A stretch of 64,000 nt of DNA from a virus, in IMG/VR virus record IMGVR_UViG_3300037483_000594, positions 64,001-128,000 of that record; one strand, given 5' to 3'. A model generated the notes under the pieces. It saw only the letters and a list, made by a program, of their open reading frames with translations. It was not told the DNA's origin and did not search any database. Each line of letters opens with the position of its first letter. The first letter of the stretch is position 1. Below are positions 1 through 10,397 of this stretch, one piece after another. Both the position numbers and the translations under genes were made by a program.

Positions 1-1
1 G

Positions 2-190
2 CCCGTTGGACGGTACGGAGGGACAGCCCCTGGGCGGAAGGGGCGGCTGAAGTACCTGGCCTATGTGTGCGACTCCACGGTTAACTCGTGGGGTGACCTG
101 ATCGAGGACGCCAGCGGCGGTGTGTGGTTGGCAGTTGACAACATCGCGCTTGCTGGGTGGCCGGACACGTCAACAGTGCCGTTGGGGTAG
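2..190 (+). CDS. 3' end of a gene starting before the window (probable virion protein)
   Basis: Open frame ...PVGRYGG...DTSTVPLG* ends at 190, directly before the ORF at 194. Confidence 0.6.
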   Translation, partial: PVGRYGGTAPGRKGRLKYLAYVCDSTVNSWGDLIEDASGGVWLAVDNIALAGWPDTSTVPLG

Positions 191-193
191 GTA

Positions 194-454
194 ATGACCG
201 TTTTTTCCGCACCAGCACCTGACCTGGACTCACTGCCACGTGCTGATCATGCACGCCGGATAAAGAGTGCGCCTGCGCCGGACAGCGGCGGGACAGCGAC
301 TTTTGTATTCAACGCAGTCTGGGACCCTGGTGGCCCTACGTGGGTTGTCTGGGCAACGTCCGGGGCCTCCGACCCCAGTGGCACCTTCTTTCCGAACCCA
401 TACGGCACCGGGTTTGGGGGGTGTACGGGGTACCGTGAGATAGGAAGAGGCTAG
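194..454 (+). CDS. hypothetical protein, tail/baseplate cluster
   Basis: 86 aa, tightly packed between flanking + strand genes. Confidence 0.6.
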   Translation: MTVFSAPAPDLDSLPRADHARRIKSAPAPDSGGTATFVFNAVWDPGGPTWVVWATSGASDPSGTFFPNPYGTGFGGCTGYREIGRG

Positions 455-455
455 C

Positions 456-3400
456 GTGGGCATCTACGGGCGCGTTCGGTACGGCGAAAGTTTTTACGGC
501 ATCTCCGCTATCCCCACGTCTGTACTATGGGACGTGTTCGACTTTTGCGAACCGACGGAAGCGACACTGCTGACATTGCTCTCCTACAGCAACGTGTCCA
601 CCTCCCGGTACGGGGCACCGGTCTCTTGGTTCTCCGGCAACGACTACTGCATGTACAGTGATGACGGGGTCGGGACGAATGTGCGGATTGACATCGCTGT
701 CCCGTTCCCCACGGCAACTCTTGAGTTCTCGATACTGCCGTCGACACTTCCCGAGGACTTTTCAGATCCCGTTGCGAACAGAGCGTTTTTTGGTGTGTAC
801 GCGAACGGCGCTAACGCAGTGGGTCTGCTCCTCTCCGAAGACGGAGGCATAGCGCTGGCCGTCGATCCAACCACCGTTCTTAGCGTCTTCCCGGACTCGG
901 CGGACATCTTCGCTGAGGGGCTCGACTACTACGTGTTTCGGGTGGTGATCGACGGAGCTATGGCCTCGTTGTACGTCACCCGGAAAGACGTCCTGACGTT
1001 GACTGGGGTACACCAACTTCGGTACACGTTCCCGGCCCCGGAGTGCCCGTCCACGGTGTTGGACGGAGCTTTTATTGAGGTCGTGGGCCAGGCAGCCGAT
1101 CCCACGCTTGTGTGCCTTGACTGTCTCCGCCTCTCGTCTTCGGCACTGTACGGTAACGAACAGCCGGTGGCTGTGATCACCACTCCGGACCAGCGGCAGC
1201 GTACCGGGTCCTACGCTTTTATGGACGGGCGGGAAAGCTACGACCCTGACTCACCCCCGCAGCCCCTCGAGCACATGTGGACGCTCACCGGAGCTCCGAG
1301 CGGAGATGCGTCGCTCCTTCTTGTGGAAGCCGCCGCCCCCGCCGACCCAAGCGGGTATACAAACAGGGCGACGGGGGCAGCAGGGGCTTTCTCGGATGTG
1401 CTCGTCGGAGATCTGCTGGTTGGACCGCTCATCAGCGGGGTGATCGTCTACGTCTCCGCGGACGGGAGCGAGGTGGTGAGCTGCCGCGACGTTTTGCCCG
1501 GGGGTGTTACCGGGCTCGTAACGGTGGTTCGGCAGTACGCCTGGGGTGGAGAGCGCCTTTCCGGTACGCTGTTGAACGTGGTGGCCGCAGGGGTCTCCCC
1601 GCCCCTTGTCCCAGAGGCTGGAGAGCCCTACCTGGTACTGTTTCCGGCGGTGGGAGCATGGGCAGGGCACGAGGGTGAGCTTGCCGTGTACACAGGCGCC
1701 TGGGCCTTCACGACTCCCACGTTAGGCACCGTGGTGTTCGTGCGTGGGGACTACGAGTGCTACCGCTACGCAGGAGCTGGGCTGTGGCGGATAGACGACC
1801 CGCTGCCCTGGGAACTCCCACGGTGGGAGGGGCGCCTACGGCCCACCAGTTCGTTCCTTTTGAGCGTGGCTGGCATCTATGACGTCGACCTCGTGGTCAC
1901 GGACGGGGTGCGCACGAGTGTTCCGGCGAGTGGGATTGTCACAGCCTCGGCGTTGGACACGGTGTTGGGGGTTGTCCCCGACCTCTCGTTCTTGTGGAAG
2001 CACCTCCCCGGGGGCTTTTGGGAGCTGGTGGAGGGGAGAGAGGTGTTCCCCACGTTTTGGAGTGCCTTGACGCAGTTGGCAGCCGGGGAACTGCTCGAAC
2101 TCTGGCAGCACCAGATGTCATTGGACCTTTTCCGGGTTCAGCGCACCTTTCAAAGACACTGGCTCAACTACGATCTCCGCGTGGAGCTCACAAGCTACCG
2201 CGACTTGCCTGCTGCACTGGACACGGGGCTTGATGTGGCTGGGTACTCCACCGCGCCGGATGTTGTACCTCCGCAGGAGTACACCTACGCGCTTGGAGCT
2301 ATCGTCCCTGGGGTAGAGGCCGGGCAGTACCTCGTGCTTGCAGGTGTGCTGTACCGGATTTTACGTGTTGTGGTGACGACCCAGACCTTGGTGGTGACCG
2401 CGCACCCTATGGTCACGGGGGCGGACAGGCCTTCGCATTGGATGATTCGGCCCACGGCCACGTCGGTACTCGACAACTTTTCCGCGCTTGCTGTAGCGGC
2501 CAACGACGTAGCCGTGTTCGAGATCGTTGAAGACGGGGAGACCTCCTTTGTTGAGGCACCGGTCTATGGGGTGCGGGACGGTGTTGTGGCGTTTGGAGGG
2601 AGCTCCATCGCCCCGTACAGTGGGGCCGATGTCTACCTCCGCTATGTTCGGAGAAGGTCCACTGTGGCTGTTGATGCTTCAGTGGTCTCTGTCCCAAAGC
2701 TGCAGGAAGTTATCAACTACGGGGTGGTGAGCGGGGCTGCAGCCCCACTCTACGAAGGGCGGGACTACCACATTGCGGATTCGGTGCTTTCGTTTCTGGA
2801 CGTGTTCTTTCCGGTGGAGCTCCGTGGCTACGACGGCAGTACCCCCGACAGCCACACCTTTGAGGATCTGAACGCCGACTTCACATCCATCGGCTCCGAC
2901 TGCCTCTTGGAGGTCAACGGTGGCCGGTATCGTGTTGCTGTTGTCTTGTCTGCTACACAACTCGAGCTCGAGGACGATTGCCTCCCTGCTGGGTTGTCCG
3001 GAGAGTCGTGGGTTGTCCGGAGTGCCTTGGCTCCTCCGGCGGTTGTCTGGGCTGAGATAACACACCTAAGCAACCACGGGGTGATCTCTAGCAACTTCGG
3101 GCGTCTCATCGGCTTCTCGGAGGACATGTTCAACGAGCGCACAGACGGTCTCGACTACCTGTCGGCTGTTCGTGGGCTGTGGAGCTACGTCTACAACGCC
3201 AGGACGCTTGAGGCCACAAGGTCCGCAGCACAGATAGCTCTCGGGCTCCCGTTCGCGGAAGTGACGGGGGTGGTGGTTGATATCCGAACCTACGGGACGG
3301 CCACTGTCGTGCTCGTGCGCGATGCCGCACCGCCATACACCGTGCGTTCGTACAGGTTCCTCACAAGCCTTGGTGTGGCCACAAACCCGGTGACAGGGGT

Positions 3401-4910
3401 AGCCTACACCGTGGGGGATGAGGTCGTGCAGTTCTCCCCCGTGTGCGGGGGGGTGGCCGTCGAAGACTACGTGTCGGACCCTGACTGGTTCTCTTCGTTC
3501 CTGGGGTCCGGGGACTTTTACGAGGTGCAAAAGCTCAGCTACTTTGGGGTGCAGATAAGGTCCACAGCGTTCAACGCGCAAAACGCCGGGTTCCTGATCG
3601 AGTTTTTGCGGAGGCACAGGGTCCGACATCGCGACGCCTACTTCTCGGTGTTGCACGACGTCTCCGAGTCGTTCAACGCCCTGGACAGCACTGTCTTGGG
3701 GCCAGCGGTGCCCGCAGGCTACACGTTTCCGGATACCTGGCTCGACTACGATACCCCCTATGGGTGGGCTTCCTCCCCGTTCGAGCTCCCGCGCGCGCCC
3801 ATAACAGGGCACTACCCAACGACCCCTGCGGTGCCGGTTTCTATCACGGAGAAGTTTGGCGGCTTGCACGTGCACGACGTGCTCGGTCGTGTTCCAAACG
3901 TCTGGAGCGGGGCTTGGCCCTCGGGTCACTACGGGACACACCTCCCGGCCGTGACTGAAGGTAGCTTTTCTTCGGACTCGTTGGACCCACGTGGCCGCCC
4001 TATACACCGTGCCGACCTGCCTTCTCTTGCCGTGAACCTGCTGGGAGACGGCACCTTCGAGAGCGTCGACGACCCCGGGATGGGTGCGTCGCCCTGGGAC
4101 TTGCAGGGGGCTCCGGCCACTGCTGCCAAGGTCGCCCTCCCTGTGCACGAGGGAGCGAAGTCGCTGCACATAGTGTCCGTGGACGGCGGCATGGGGGTAA
4201 GGCAGGACGTCGCTACCGCTGTGCTCCGGGAGTACCAGGTAGCTGTCCGGTTGTGGGTGCAGGTCACGTCCGGGCAGGCGCGCATCGAACTGGTGGACAC
4301 TGCGAGCGGGACTACCTTGGCCACGGCCAGGTGCACCTCGAGCCTTTTTGGGGCTTGGGGTCTGGTGACTCTGCACACCTGGTACGGTGCTGACATTGCT
4401 TTCCCGCCAGCGACCCGGCTGTACACCCTCCGGATCACCACAGGTCCTGGAGGGGGGGATTTCTATGTCGATGCAGCCGCGTTGTACGGAGGGGTAGTGC
4501 CCTGGAGCCAAAACGGCCCGAGCGCACACTTCCAAGGCCGAACAGGTGGTATGAACGACGGAGGCCTTCCGGAAGAGCGTGTGCAGGCGCTGCTGTGCCT
4601 GAACCACCCCGGTGGGGTTCCTTCGGCTAACGCTTTTTGGCGTGCGGATGCGGCGTCTGCCCCTGACGAGATGCGTATCCACGGCCCCGCGGTGGCCCCC
4701 CTCCCCCCCGCTGATTGGTCAGCCCCGGGAGTGAGTTCAACGCCGTGGTACGGACCGAACTACGGCCTTGCCATCGAGACCTGGAAAGCAGCGACGGGGT
4801 ACCCAGGCTACGGGGTAGCTCCCACTCCGACGTTGGGCATTATAGCAGGTGTGGCTTTGCCGGCAGGCTGGTACACTCGTATCGTGGACCTAACACGTGT
4901 GATGGGCTGA
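456..4910 (+). CDS. large baseplate/tail structural protein (PKD-like, DUF2793-like and CBM-like modules)
   Basis: 1484 aa; DGRESYDPD...WTL (PKD/Ig-like), YLV...GAWAGHEGELAVY...W (DUF2793-like), NLLGDGTFE (CBM4/9-like). Confidence 0.7.
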   Translation: MGIYGRVRYGESFYGISAIPTSVLWDVFDFCEPTEATLLTLLSYSNVSTSRYGAPVSWFSGNDYCMYSDDGVGTNVRIDIAVPFPTATLEFSILPSTLPEDFSDPVANRAFFGVYANGANAVGLLLSEDGGIALAVDPTTVLSVFPDSADIFAEGLDYYVFRVVIDGAMASLYVTRKDVLTLTGVHQLRYTFPAPECPSTVLDGAFIEVVGQAADPTLVCLDCLRLSSSALYGNEQPVAVITTPDQRQRTGSYAFMDGRESYDPDSPPQPLEHMWTLTGAPSGDASLLLVEAAAPADPSGYTNRATGAAGAFSDVLVGDLLVGPLISGVIVYVSADGSEVVSCRDVLPGGVTGLVTVVRQYAWGGERLSGTLLNVVAAGVSPPLVPEAGEPYLVLFPAVGAWAGHEGELAVYTGAWAFTTPTLGTVVFVRGDYECYRYAGAGLWRIDDPLPWELPRWEGRLRPTSSFLLSVAGIYDVDLVVTDGVRTSVPASGIVTASALDTVLGVVPDLSFLWKHLPGGFWELVEGREVFPTFWSALTQLAAGELLELWQHQMSLDLFRVQRTFQRHWLNYDLRVELTSYRDLPAALDTGLDVAGYSTAPDVVPPQEYTYALGAIVPGVEAGQYLVLAGVLYRILRVVVTTQTLVVTAHPMVTGADRPSHWMIRPTATSVLDNFSALAVAANDVAVFEIVEDGETSFVEAPVYGVRDGVVAFGGSSIAPYSGADVYLRYVRRRSTVAVDASVVSVPKLQEVINYGVVSGAAAPLYEGRDYHIADSVLSFLDVFFPVELRGYDGSTPDSHTFEDLNADFTSIGSDCLLEVNGGRYRVAVVLSATQLELEDDCLPAGLSGESWVVRSALAPPAVVWAEITHLSNHGVISSNFGRLIGFSEDMFNERTDGLDYLSAVRGLWSYVYNARTLEATRSAAQIALGLPFAEVTGVVVDIRTYGTATVVLVRDAAPPYTVRSYRFLTSLGVATNPVTGVAYTVGDEVVQFSPVCGGVAVEDYVSDPDWFSSFLGSGDFYEVQKLSYFGVQIRSTAFNAQNAGFLIEFLRRHRVRHRDAYFSVLHDVSESFNALDSTVLGPAVPAGYTFPDTWLDYDTPYGWASSPFELPRAPITGHYPTTPAVPVSITEKFGGLHVHDVLGRVPNVWSGAWPSGHYGTHLPAVTEGSFSSDSLDPRGRPIHRADLPSLAVNLLGDGTFESVDDPGMGASPWDLQGAPATAAKVALPVHEGAKSLHIVSVDGGMGVRQDVATAVLREYQVAVRLWVQVTSGQARIELVDTASGTTLATARCTSSLFGAWGLVTLHTWYGADIAFPPATRLYTLRITTGPGGGDFYVDAAALYGGVVPWSQNGPSAHFQGRTGGMNDGGLPEERVQALLCLNHPGGVPSANAFWRADAASAPDEMRIHGPAVAPLPPADWSAPGVSSTPWYGPNYGLAIETWKAATGYPGYGVAPTPTLGIIAGVALPAGWYTRIVDLTRVMG

Positions 4911-4912
4911 AA

Positions 4913-5659
4913 ATGAAATTCGTTGACGATGTCCATGTCTCCGACCTTCCGAAGCTGCGCGGCGGCGGTTTCCGACGTGGCGGAGGGGCCCCTCCCATGG
5001 GCACCAAGCCCACTACAAACGTCACCCTGTCACTGGTGGAGCCGCGCTCGCGACGTGTTGTGGAACAGAGAAAGAGCCACAACATCTTTGTGAACTACGG
5101 GCGTGACTGGCTGGTGCACCTGATGTCCTTGGACGTCGCGGGAGCCACCTTTCGGGACGACAGGGTCAAGTACATAGCGTTCGGAATAGGGGGGATGGCG
5201 CAGCTCGTGGCTTCTGCGGACATCCGAGACCCTGCCAAGTACAACTACCCAGGGTTCCCGGACCAGTGGGTGGCGGGGGCCGGGGGTGCTGGGGACCCTA
5301 CGCAAACGCACACTGACCCCACCGTCACCGCCTTGGAGTTTCCGGTGGAGGTGGTCGCCGGTTCCTACTACGATGTCATCTCACAGCCAGCGACCTTTCC
5401 GGATACCGGAGTGGTGCGGTACACCGCGGTGCTTGGGGTAAACGAGGTCAGTTTCGGGCTAGCCGCCAGCGTCCCGCTGTCTGAGGTACTGCTGGTCACC
5501 GCCGGGCTCGACGACCTCCCGGGAGGGACCGCCAACCCCCCAGTGGTGGACCCCTCTCTCCCTTCAGAAAAGTATGGGGTGGCTTACAATCAGTTTGCCA
5601 CTCTTCACAAGACGAACGAGTTTGTTCTCCAGGTCGACTGGGAAATAAGGATCAGGTAA
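4913..5659 (+). CDS. baseplate / tail-fibre attachment protein
   Basis: Start trimmed to ATG 4913; N-x-x-V-N-x-G-R, YIAFGxGG and C-terminal K-T-x-x-F-x-L-x-x-x-W-x-I pattern typical of phage baseplate/tail-collar proteins. Confidence 0.6.
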   Translation: MKFVDDVHVSDLPKLRGGGFRRGGGAPPMGTKPTTNVTLSLVEPRSRRVVEQRKSHNIFVNYGRDWLVHLMSLDVAGATFRDDRVKYIAFGIGGMAQLVASADIRDPAKYNYPGFPDQWVAGAGGAGDPTQTHTDPTVTALEFPVEVVAGSYYDVISQPATFPDTGVVRYTAVLGVNEVSFGLAASVPLSEVLLVTAGLDDLPGGTANPPVVDPSLPSEKYGVAYNQFATLHKTNEFVLQVDWEIRIR

Positions 5660-5663
5660 GAAA

Positions 5664-7682
5664 ATGGCGCGCGCCCCCCTTCCGCACCCCCTTGGTACCA
5701 TCGAAGGAACGTGTCCCTACTCGGTCGTCGAGCCACCAGGGCAGCCGGTTGGAACGCGGTTTTTTGGGTTTGACGAGACCCTTGAAGCCGTGAACATGAA
5801 CCGCGTGGCCTATGCCCTGATGGAGAACGTCGACTACCTGTACACCCTCGGGCAGCTCGTTGTGGTGGCTCCCGCTGGCGGAGATGGAGACTACGTAGGG
5901 CACGACGCTCTCGCTAGCGCGTTGGCCGACGGGCATAAGCTCATTTTCGTGAAGACCGGGGCCTACACCCCTACCGCTGACATCACAGTGGCGCAGGGGG
6001 CTCGTATCTACGGGGAAGGGCCTGTAGGCCCAGCATTCGACATGGCGTCAAACAAAGTCGAACTGCTGCTGACGTCCGGGGTTGGGGGTGTCTACCTCTC
6101 GGACATGAGCTTCGCTTTCGACACAGGAGACTACGTTCAGGTCACGAAGGGGCGTTGTGTTCTCGACAGGGTGACCGTGGTCGGTGCAATCACGGTCGCC
6201 TCGTCTTCTGCAGAGGTGATGCTGCTTGGGTGTAGCGTGAGCAACACTGTCGCAAACGCGTTTGCACTGTTGGCGACTGCCGGGCGGGTCACACTCCAGA
6301 ACTGTTACCTGTACTCGGACATCGGAGAGGCTCTGGTGTTGCAGGTTTCTGTGGTGGCACACGTCAGCAACACACGCGTCGTCAGCACAGATCGTGCGGC
6401 GGTTATCAACGGTCTCACGACCGGGAGGGTAACGTTCGACACCTGTTCTTTTGAGAACTCGGCCGGGAACCCTAACTACTCCACGGCCTTCGCCGTGTTT
6501 GACGGACCCACCGCTTCTCCGCAGATTTTTTTGCGGAACTGCACGTTCACCATCACGAACTGCACACGCGCGGCGGCCGTAGCACCCTACGTGACGTTCA
6601 CGGGGGTGGATGGGCGTGGGTTGGTGGTCACAGTCGACACTGACTACGCGCTCGACGACTACCTGCTCTCGATCAGCTACAGTCGCCTTGATGGGCTGTC
6701 CGTGACGTTTGCTGCCGCGGCTCCGCTTCTTGCCGGGACCCCCATGATCGGGGCGATCTATGTCACCACAGGCGGTGAAGTGCGGAACCTGCACTGCGCC
6801 GGCATGACCGGTTCTTGGGTCGCGTCGCTCGTGTACATCAACAGCGCTGTCCAGGGGGTTCGTGCGGTCGTCGACGGGTTTACGATTGGCAGCGTAGGCG
6901 CTGCATGGACCGCGGCTCTGTACGGGCTGGCCGCCAGGTTGGGGTACTTCGGAGTTCTGCGAAGGTTTGTGTGGGACGACGTGGTGATCTCGAACGCTGC
7001 GACAACCAACGCCATCGTGGGGGTGTACTCTACCACCACCAACCTCGACGGGGCGGAGTTTACGGACAGCGTGATCGTGGTCAAGACCGCGGCGCGAGCG
7101 CGGTTGATGTACCTGTTTTACATGAGTGCCAACGCGGGGAGTGCGGACGCTCCCGGGGTCAAGATCCTGCGGAACAGGTTTCATATCACGCCCGTGCAGC
7201 CTAACCCAGCACTGGTACCCACGTACACTGTGTACGCAGTGCGCATCGGGGGGCATAGTGTCCTTGCCACGCAGAACAGTGAAGCCACCGGGAACTTGTA
7301 CGGGGAGTTCCAGAGTAACCATGTACACTTCGACGGCAAAGTCGTAGGGTCTGGCGCCAGCAACCTGCCATCTTGTGGTCCAGTGTTCTTTTCCGTGTAC
7401 GCGTACATGTGGACCATCTCCGGAAACACAGTAGTGTCCAGCGATGGGGACGTCGTGACCCAGGGGTTCAACGTCTTCATTTACTGTGCAGAAGAGTCCG
7501 GAGGGTTGATCAAGGGAGCAGCAGCGCTGGGCGGTGGGAACCTTCCGTCCGGGAACATCCTGCGAGAGGTTGGCGGCCCTGTTGGCACCGCTCCTTGCGT
7601 CGCTTCTCCGGACGGTACGGACAGCGCTGGGTTCTACAACGGGGCCGCTGCGCTCCTGAACGTGAGCCAGAAGGAGGTGTGA
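5664..7682 (+). CDS. tail spike/fibre with right-handed beta-helix (pectin-lyase-like)
   Basis: 672 aa; IFVKTGAY and ARIYGEG beta-helix start motifs, repeated xTFxNCxF and ISGN strands. Confidence 0.65.
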   Translation: MARAPLPHPLGTIEGTCPYSVVEPPGQPVGTRFFGFDETLEAVNMNRVAYALMENVDYLYTLGQLVVVAPAGGDGDYVGHDALASALADGHKLIFVKTGAYTPTADITVAQGARIYGEGPVGPAFDMASNKVELLLTSGVGGVYLSDMSFAFDTGDYVQVTKGRCVLDRVTVVGAITVASSSAEVMLLGCSVSNTVANAFALLATAGRVTLQNCYLYSDIGEALVLQVSVVAHVSNTRVVSTDRAAVINGLTTGRVTFDTCSFENSAGNPNYSTAFAVFDGPTASPQIFLRNCTFTITNCTRAAAVAPYVTFTGVDGRGLVVTVDTDYALDDYLLSISYSRLDGLSVTFAAAAPLLAGTPMIGAIYVTTGGEVRNLHCAGMTGSWVASLVYINSAVQGVRAVVDGFTIGSVGAAWTAALYGLAARLGYFGVLRRFVWDDVVISNAATTNAIVGVYSTTTNLDGAEFTDSVIVVKTAARARLMYLFYMSANAGSADAPGVKILRNRFHITPVQPNPALVPTYTVYAVRIGGHSVLATQNSEATGNLYGEFQSNHVHFDGKVVGSGASNLPSCGPVFFSVYAYMWTISGNTVVSSDGDVVTQGFNVFIYCAEESGGLIKGAAALGGGNLPSGNILREVGGPVGTAPCVASPDGTDSAGFYNGAAALLNVSQKEV

Positions 7683-7683
7683 G

Positions 7684-8094
7684 ATGGACGAGCTGTACGA
7701 GATTTTCATGAGTTGGCAGTACACAGTGGTGGCTTTGAGTGTGTTTCTGATCTTTGCCTTTTTCAATGGGCTTGGCGGGTGGAAGGGGCTGGGCTACTAC
7801 GCGTGGAAGATCGAGAAGAAGTGGGTACGCAAGACGCTCACGGTGTTGGAAGCGGTGAAAACACTGTTTCTCCCGCTGTGGGGGTTTGCTCTGGGGTGGA
7901 TACCCTCTATCCCACGGCCAGCGCAGCTCGCCGGGGAGGAAGTCTCCCAGCTTTCCGTGGCGCTGTTGTACGCAACTGCCGGGCTTGTCTCGATGGTGGT
8001 GGTACAGGTCGCGAAGCGCTCGCTCGAGGCACGCGGGGTAAACATCGACCTGGACATGGCGCCAAAAGAGCAGCGTAAGAAGTGCCATGAGTGA
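7684..8094 (+). CDS. putative holin (multi-pass membrane protein)
   Basis: 136 aa, about 3 hydrophobic segments, charged C-terminus, follows the tail genes. Confidence 0.5.
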   Translation: MDELYEIFMSWQYTVVALSVFLIFAFFNGLGGWKGLGYYAWKIEKKWVRKTLTVLEAVKTLFLPLWGFALGWIPSIPRPAQLAGEEVSQLSVALLYATAGLVSMVVVQVAKRSLEARGVNIDLDMAPKEQRKKCHE

Positions 8095-8623
8095 CTACAC
8101 GCAAGCCTACCTGGGTGGGTTGTTGAAGATGGCGCGTGAGGACCTGGCCTACGATGCCATCCCTAACACGGGCTTCGAGCTCGCGGAAGGGATACAGCTC
8201 CGCCAGGTTCTTCCAAACAACACCAGGAAGCTGCGCAGGGCCCTCATGCAGTTGACAGACCCAGAGAAGTCCAGGTCACGCCCGGTGTTGGGGTACCGGA
8301 ACGTCGCGGTTCTTGAGCGTGAGCTGGCCCCCTACCTCGACTCTCTTGGGTTCAAGCCGACAAGGATAGCCACTCCCCTCCCTGGGGAGGCGCCGCTCGC
8401 CAAGACCTGGCGTTCGGGGAAGCTGCACCTGCACAAGCAGGGGCCAGTGTTCCTGGCGCATCAAGACGACGTGGACCCCAAGGCCGGGCGGCTTGGCTAT
8501 CTGTCGCTGGAGGGTCTGAAGCACGGGGTCACAGAGGGTGTCCCTTCACTCGCCAAGCGCATGTTCGAGAGGCGACCTCTTGTCCGGGAGGTGGAACTTG
8601 AGCCGGCTCCTACAGTGGTTTAA
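8087..8623 (+). CDS. hypothetical protein with K-x-A motif
   Basis: 178 aa, LLKMA near the N-terminus, overlaps the previous stop. Confidence 0.6.
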   Translation: MSDYTQAYLGGLLKMAREDLAYDAIPNTGFELAEGIQLRQVLPNNTRKLRRALMQLTDPEKSRSRPVLGYRNVAVLERELAPYLDSLGFKPTRIATPLPGEAPLAKTWRSGKLHLHKQGPVFLAHQDDVDPKAGRLGYLSLEGLKHGVTEGVPSLAKRMFERRPLVREVELEPAPTVV

Positions 8624-8906
8624 AAAGTACTGGAAGTGGATCTTTTTCCCGGTGGGGGCAGCCGTCGGCCTTGCTGCCTTGCTGGCGCGCCGCTCTCCGC
8701 CGCCTGTCAAAGACACGGACCAGGTGGTACGTGGCTACATCGAACGGCTACGCAGCGCAGACGAGACAAGGAACAAGCGGCTCGAGGAGCTGGCTGTCGA
8801 GAAAGAGAAGCAGCTTCAGGCGCTGGGTGTCGCCCAGCAGAAAGAGCTGGAGCAGCTTCAGGACGCTCCGATAGAGGATGTGGTGTCATGGTTCAACAGG
8901 TTGTAG
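8598..8906 (+). CDS. N-terminally anchored coiled-coil membrane protein (spanin-like)
   Basis: TTG start after GGAGGTGG; N-terminal TM segment followed by coiled coil. Confidence 0.5.
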   Translation: MSRLLQWFKKYWKWIFFPVGAAVGLAALLARRSPPPVKDTDQVVRGYIERLRSADETRNKRLEELAVEKEKQLQALGVAQQKELEQLQDAPIEDVVSWFNRL

Positions 8907-9412
8907 TGTTCCTTGTCCTCCTTTTTCCGGCGGCGGCCTTCGCGGAAGAGAGCTGTGGACCGCAGAACTACGACGCGGACACCACACCGAACTTCGAGTG
9001 CCCCAGCCCGGGGGAGGCCGATCTTGTCCCGAACCTGCGTCCTCCCCTGGCCATCGCTGTCCGGGAAGGGCAGACGGTAGTTTCTGCGTGGGAGGGGGCG
9101 CTTGTGCATCGAGACCAGCTCATCCTGGTCGGCCTCCGCCTACAAGCGTTGCGCAGGCTGCGGTGGTTAGACCGGTTCGTAGGGCGTGCGCGCCTGGAGG
9201 TGGAGGACACCTACCGTGCCGAGCTGCGGCAGGCCGATGCAGAGTTCTGTGACAGCCGTGTGCAGCACTACCAAGAGGTTGCCCTTGCGGCGGAGCAGAC
9301 CTCTTCGCGGGCCTCGGCGTGGTACCGTAGCTTCGGGTTCGGTCTTGCCGTCGGCTTCCTGGTCTCCGGGCTTCTCGTTGCCCTGGCCGTCTACCTGGGC
9401 CTGTCCTTATAG
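8888..9412 (+). CDS. exported protein with signal peptide and C-terminal TM segment (spanin-like partner)
   Basis: MVQQVVVFLVLLFPAAAFA signal peptide; hydrophobic C-terminal helix; overlaps the previous gene. Confidence 0.5.
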   Translation: MVQQVVVFLVLLFPAAAFAEESCGPQNYDADTTPNFECPSPGEADLVPNLRPPLAIAVREGQTVVSAWEGALVHRDQLILVGLRLQALRRLRWLDRFVGRARLEVEDTYRAELRQADAEFCDSRVQHYQEVALAAEQTSSRASAWYRSFGFGLAVGFLVSGLLVALAVYLGLSL

Positions 9413-9443
9413 GGCTAAAAGAAGCTACCCGGGGTAGCCTCTC
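9413..9443 (-). terminator. intrinsic terminator ending the replication operon
   Basis: GCTACC-ccg-GGTAGC hairpin then TTCTTTTAGC on the - strand, between convergent genes. Confidence 0.7.
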
Positions 9444-9449
9444 CTGGTG

Positions 9450-10397
9450 TTATTCTGCGGTGGTGAGCTCGGGAATGTGCGGATGGTTGGCCGGTGACCC
9501 GCCTTGGGCGTCGAGGGCGTTTTTGTAGGCTTGCTCCACGTAGGCCAGAACGTCCGGGTATGACCCCCCATCCTGGATACGGTTGAGCCAGCTCTGCACG
9601 TGGGCGTTGACCAAGACACGAGTTGCCGTTGCTTGTGCCACGGCCTCCTCGCTCATGAAGGCCAGCTCGCCGAGGTTGTCGATGACACGGCTCTGCACCT
9701 TGGCGTTCTCGGCCACCCCGGTCACCACCGTGGTGAGCGCGGGGATGATCTCGCGTACCGAGCGCAGAAGCTCCTCGATCTTCGCGTTGGTGTTGAGCAT
9801 CATCACGATGAGCTGCTTGACCTCCGACTCTACACCCGACTGCTCGGGCACGGGGTCGGCTTTCTTCACGGGTTCGGGCTCGGGCGCCGGCGCTGCGGGC
9901 TCTGCCCTTTGCAGCCGTGGGCGTCGCCGCGTCCCGGCGGGCTCGGGCGCTGGGGCAGGAGCAGGTGCGGGCTCCTTTGTCACGTCCCACGGCTCCCCGA
10001 GTTCGGTGGGTGCCTCCCCTGGCTCGGGCTGCTTTGCTCCAAACTTTTTGTGTACCTTCTGTTCCACGTTTTCTCCTTTTTTGTAAACGACGAACGTCTG
10101 CTCGTCGAGCCTCGCACCGTTTCTTACCGCGTGAATAGCAAGCTGCGCAAGTAGGCGCCCTTCTGTCTCCGGGAAGCGGTCGAAAATCGTGTTGATGAAC
10201 TCGGCCGGGTACCCGTATGTTTTGCACTTCTCGCGGAGGATGTACACCGAGGTGTTCAGGATTCCCTGTTCCTCGCGGATGCGCATCCCCTTCTCGTCGG
10301 GTGTCTCCCCCTTCTCCGCAGGGGGCGCGGCCCACTCCTGTGGCTTATCGTCCAGGAAAGTGGCCTGTACCTCTGGGTCAGTGATCAGACTGTCCAT
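9450..10397 (-). CDS. hypothetical protein (Pro/Ala linker, coiled coil)
   Basis: 315 aa ORF in the - strand operon. Confidence 0.7.
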   Translation of the reverse strand: MDSLITDPEVQATFLDDKPQEWAAPPAEKGETPDEKGMRIREEQGILNTSVYILREKCKTYGYPAEFINTIFDRFPETEGRLLAQLAIHAVRNGARLDEQTFVVYKKGENVEQKVHKKFGAKQPEPGEAPTELGEPWDVTKEPAPAPAPAPEPAGTRRRPRLQRAEPAAPAPEPEPVKKADPVPEQSGVESEVKQLIVMMLNTNAKIEELLRSVREIIPALTTVVTGVAENAKVQSRVIDNLGELAFMSEEAVAQATATRVLVNAHVQSWLNRIQDGGSYPDVLAYVEQAYKNALDAQGGSPANHPHIPELTTAE

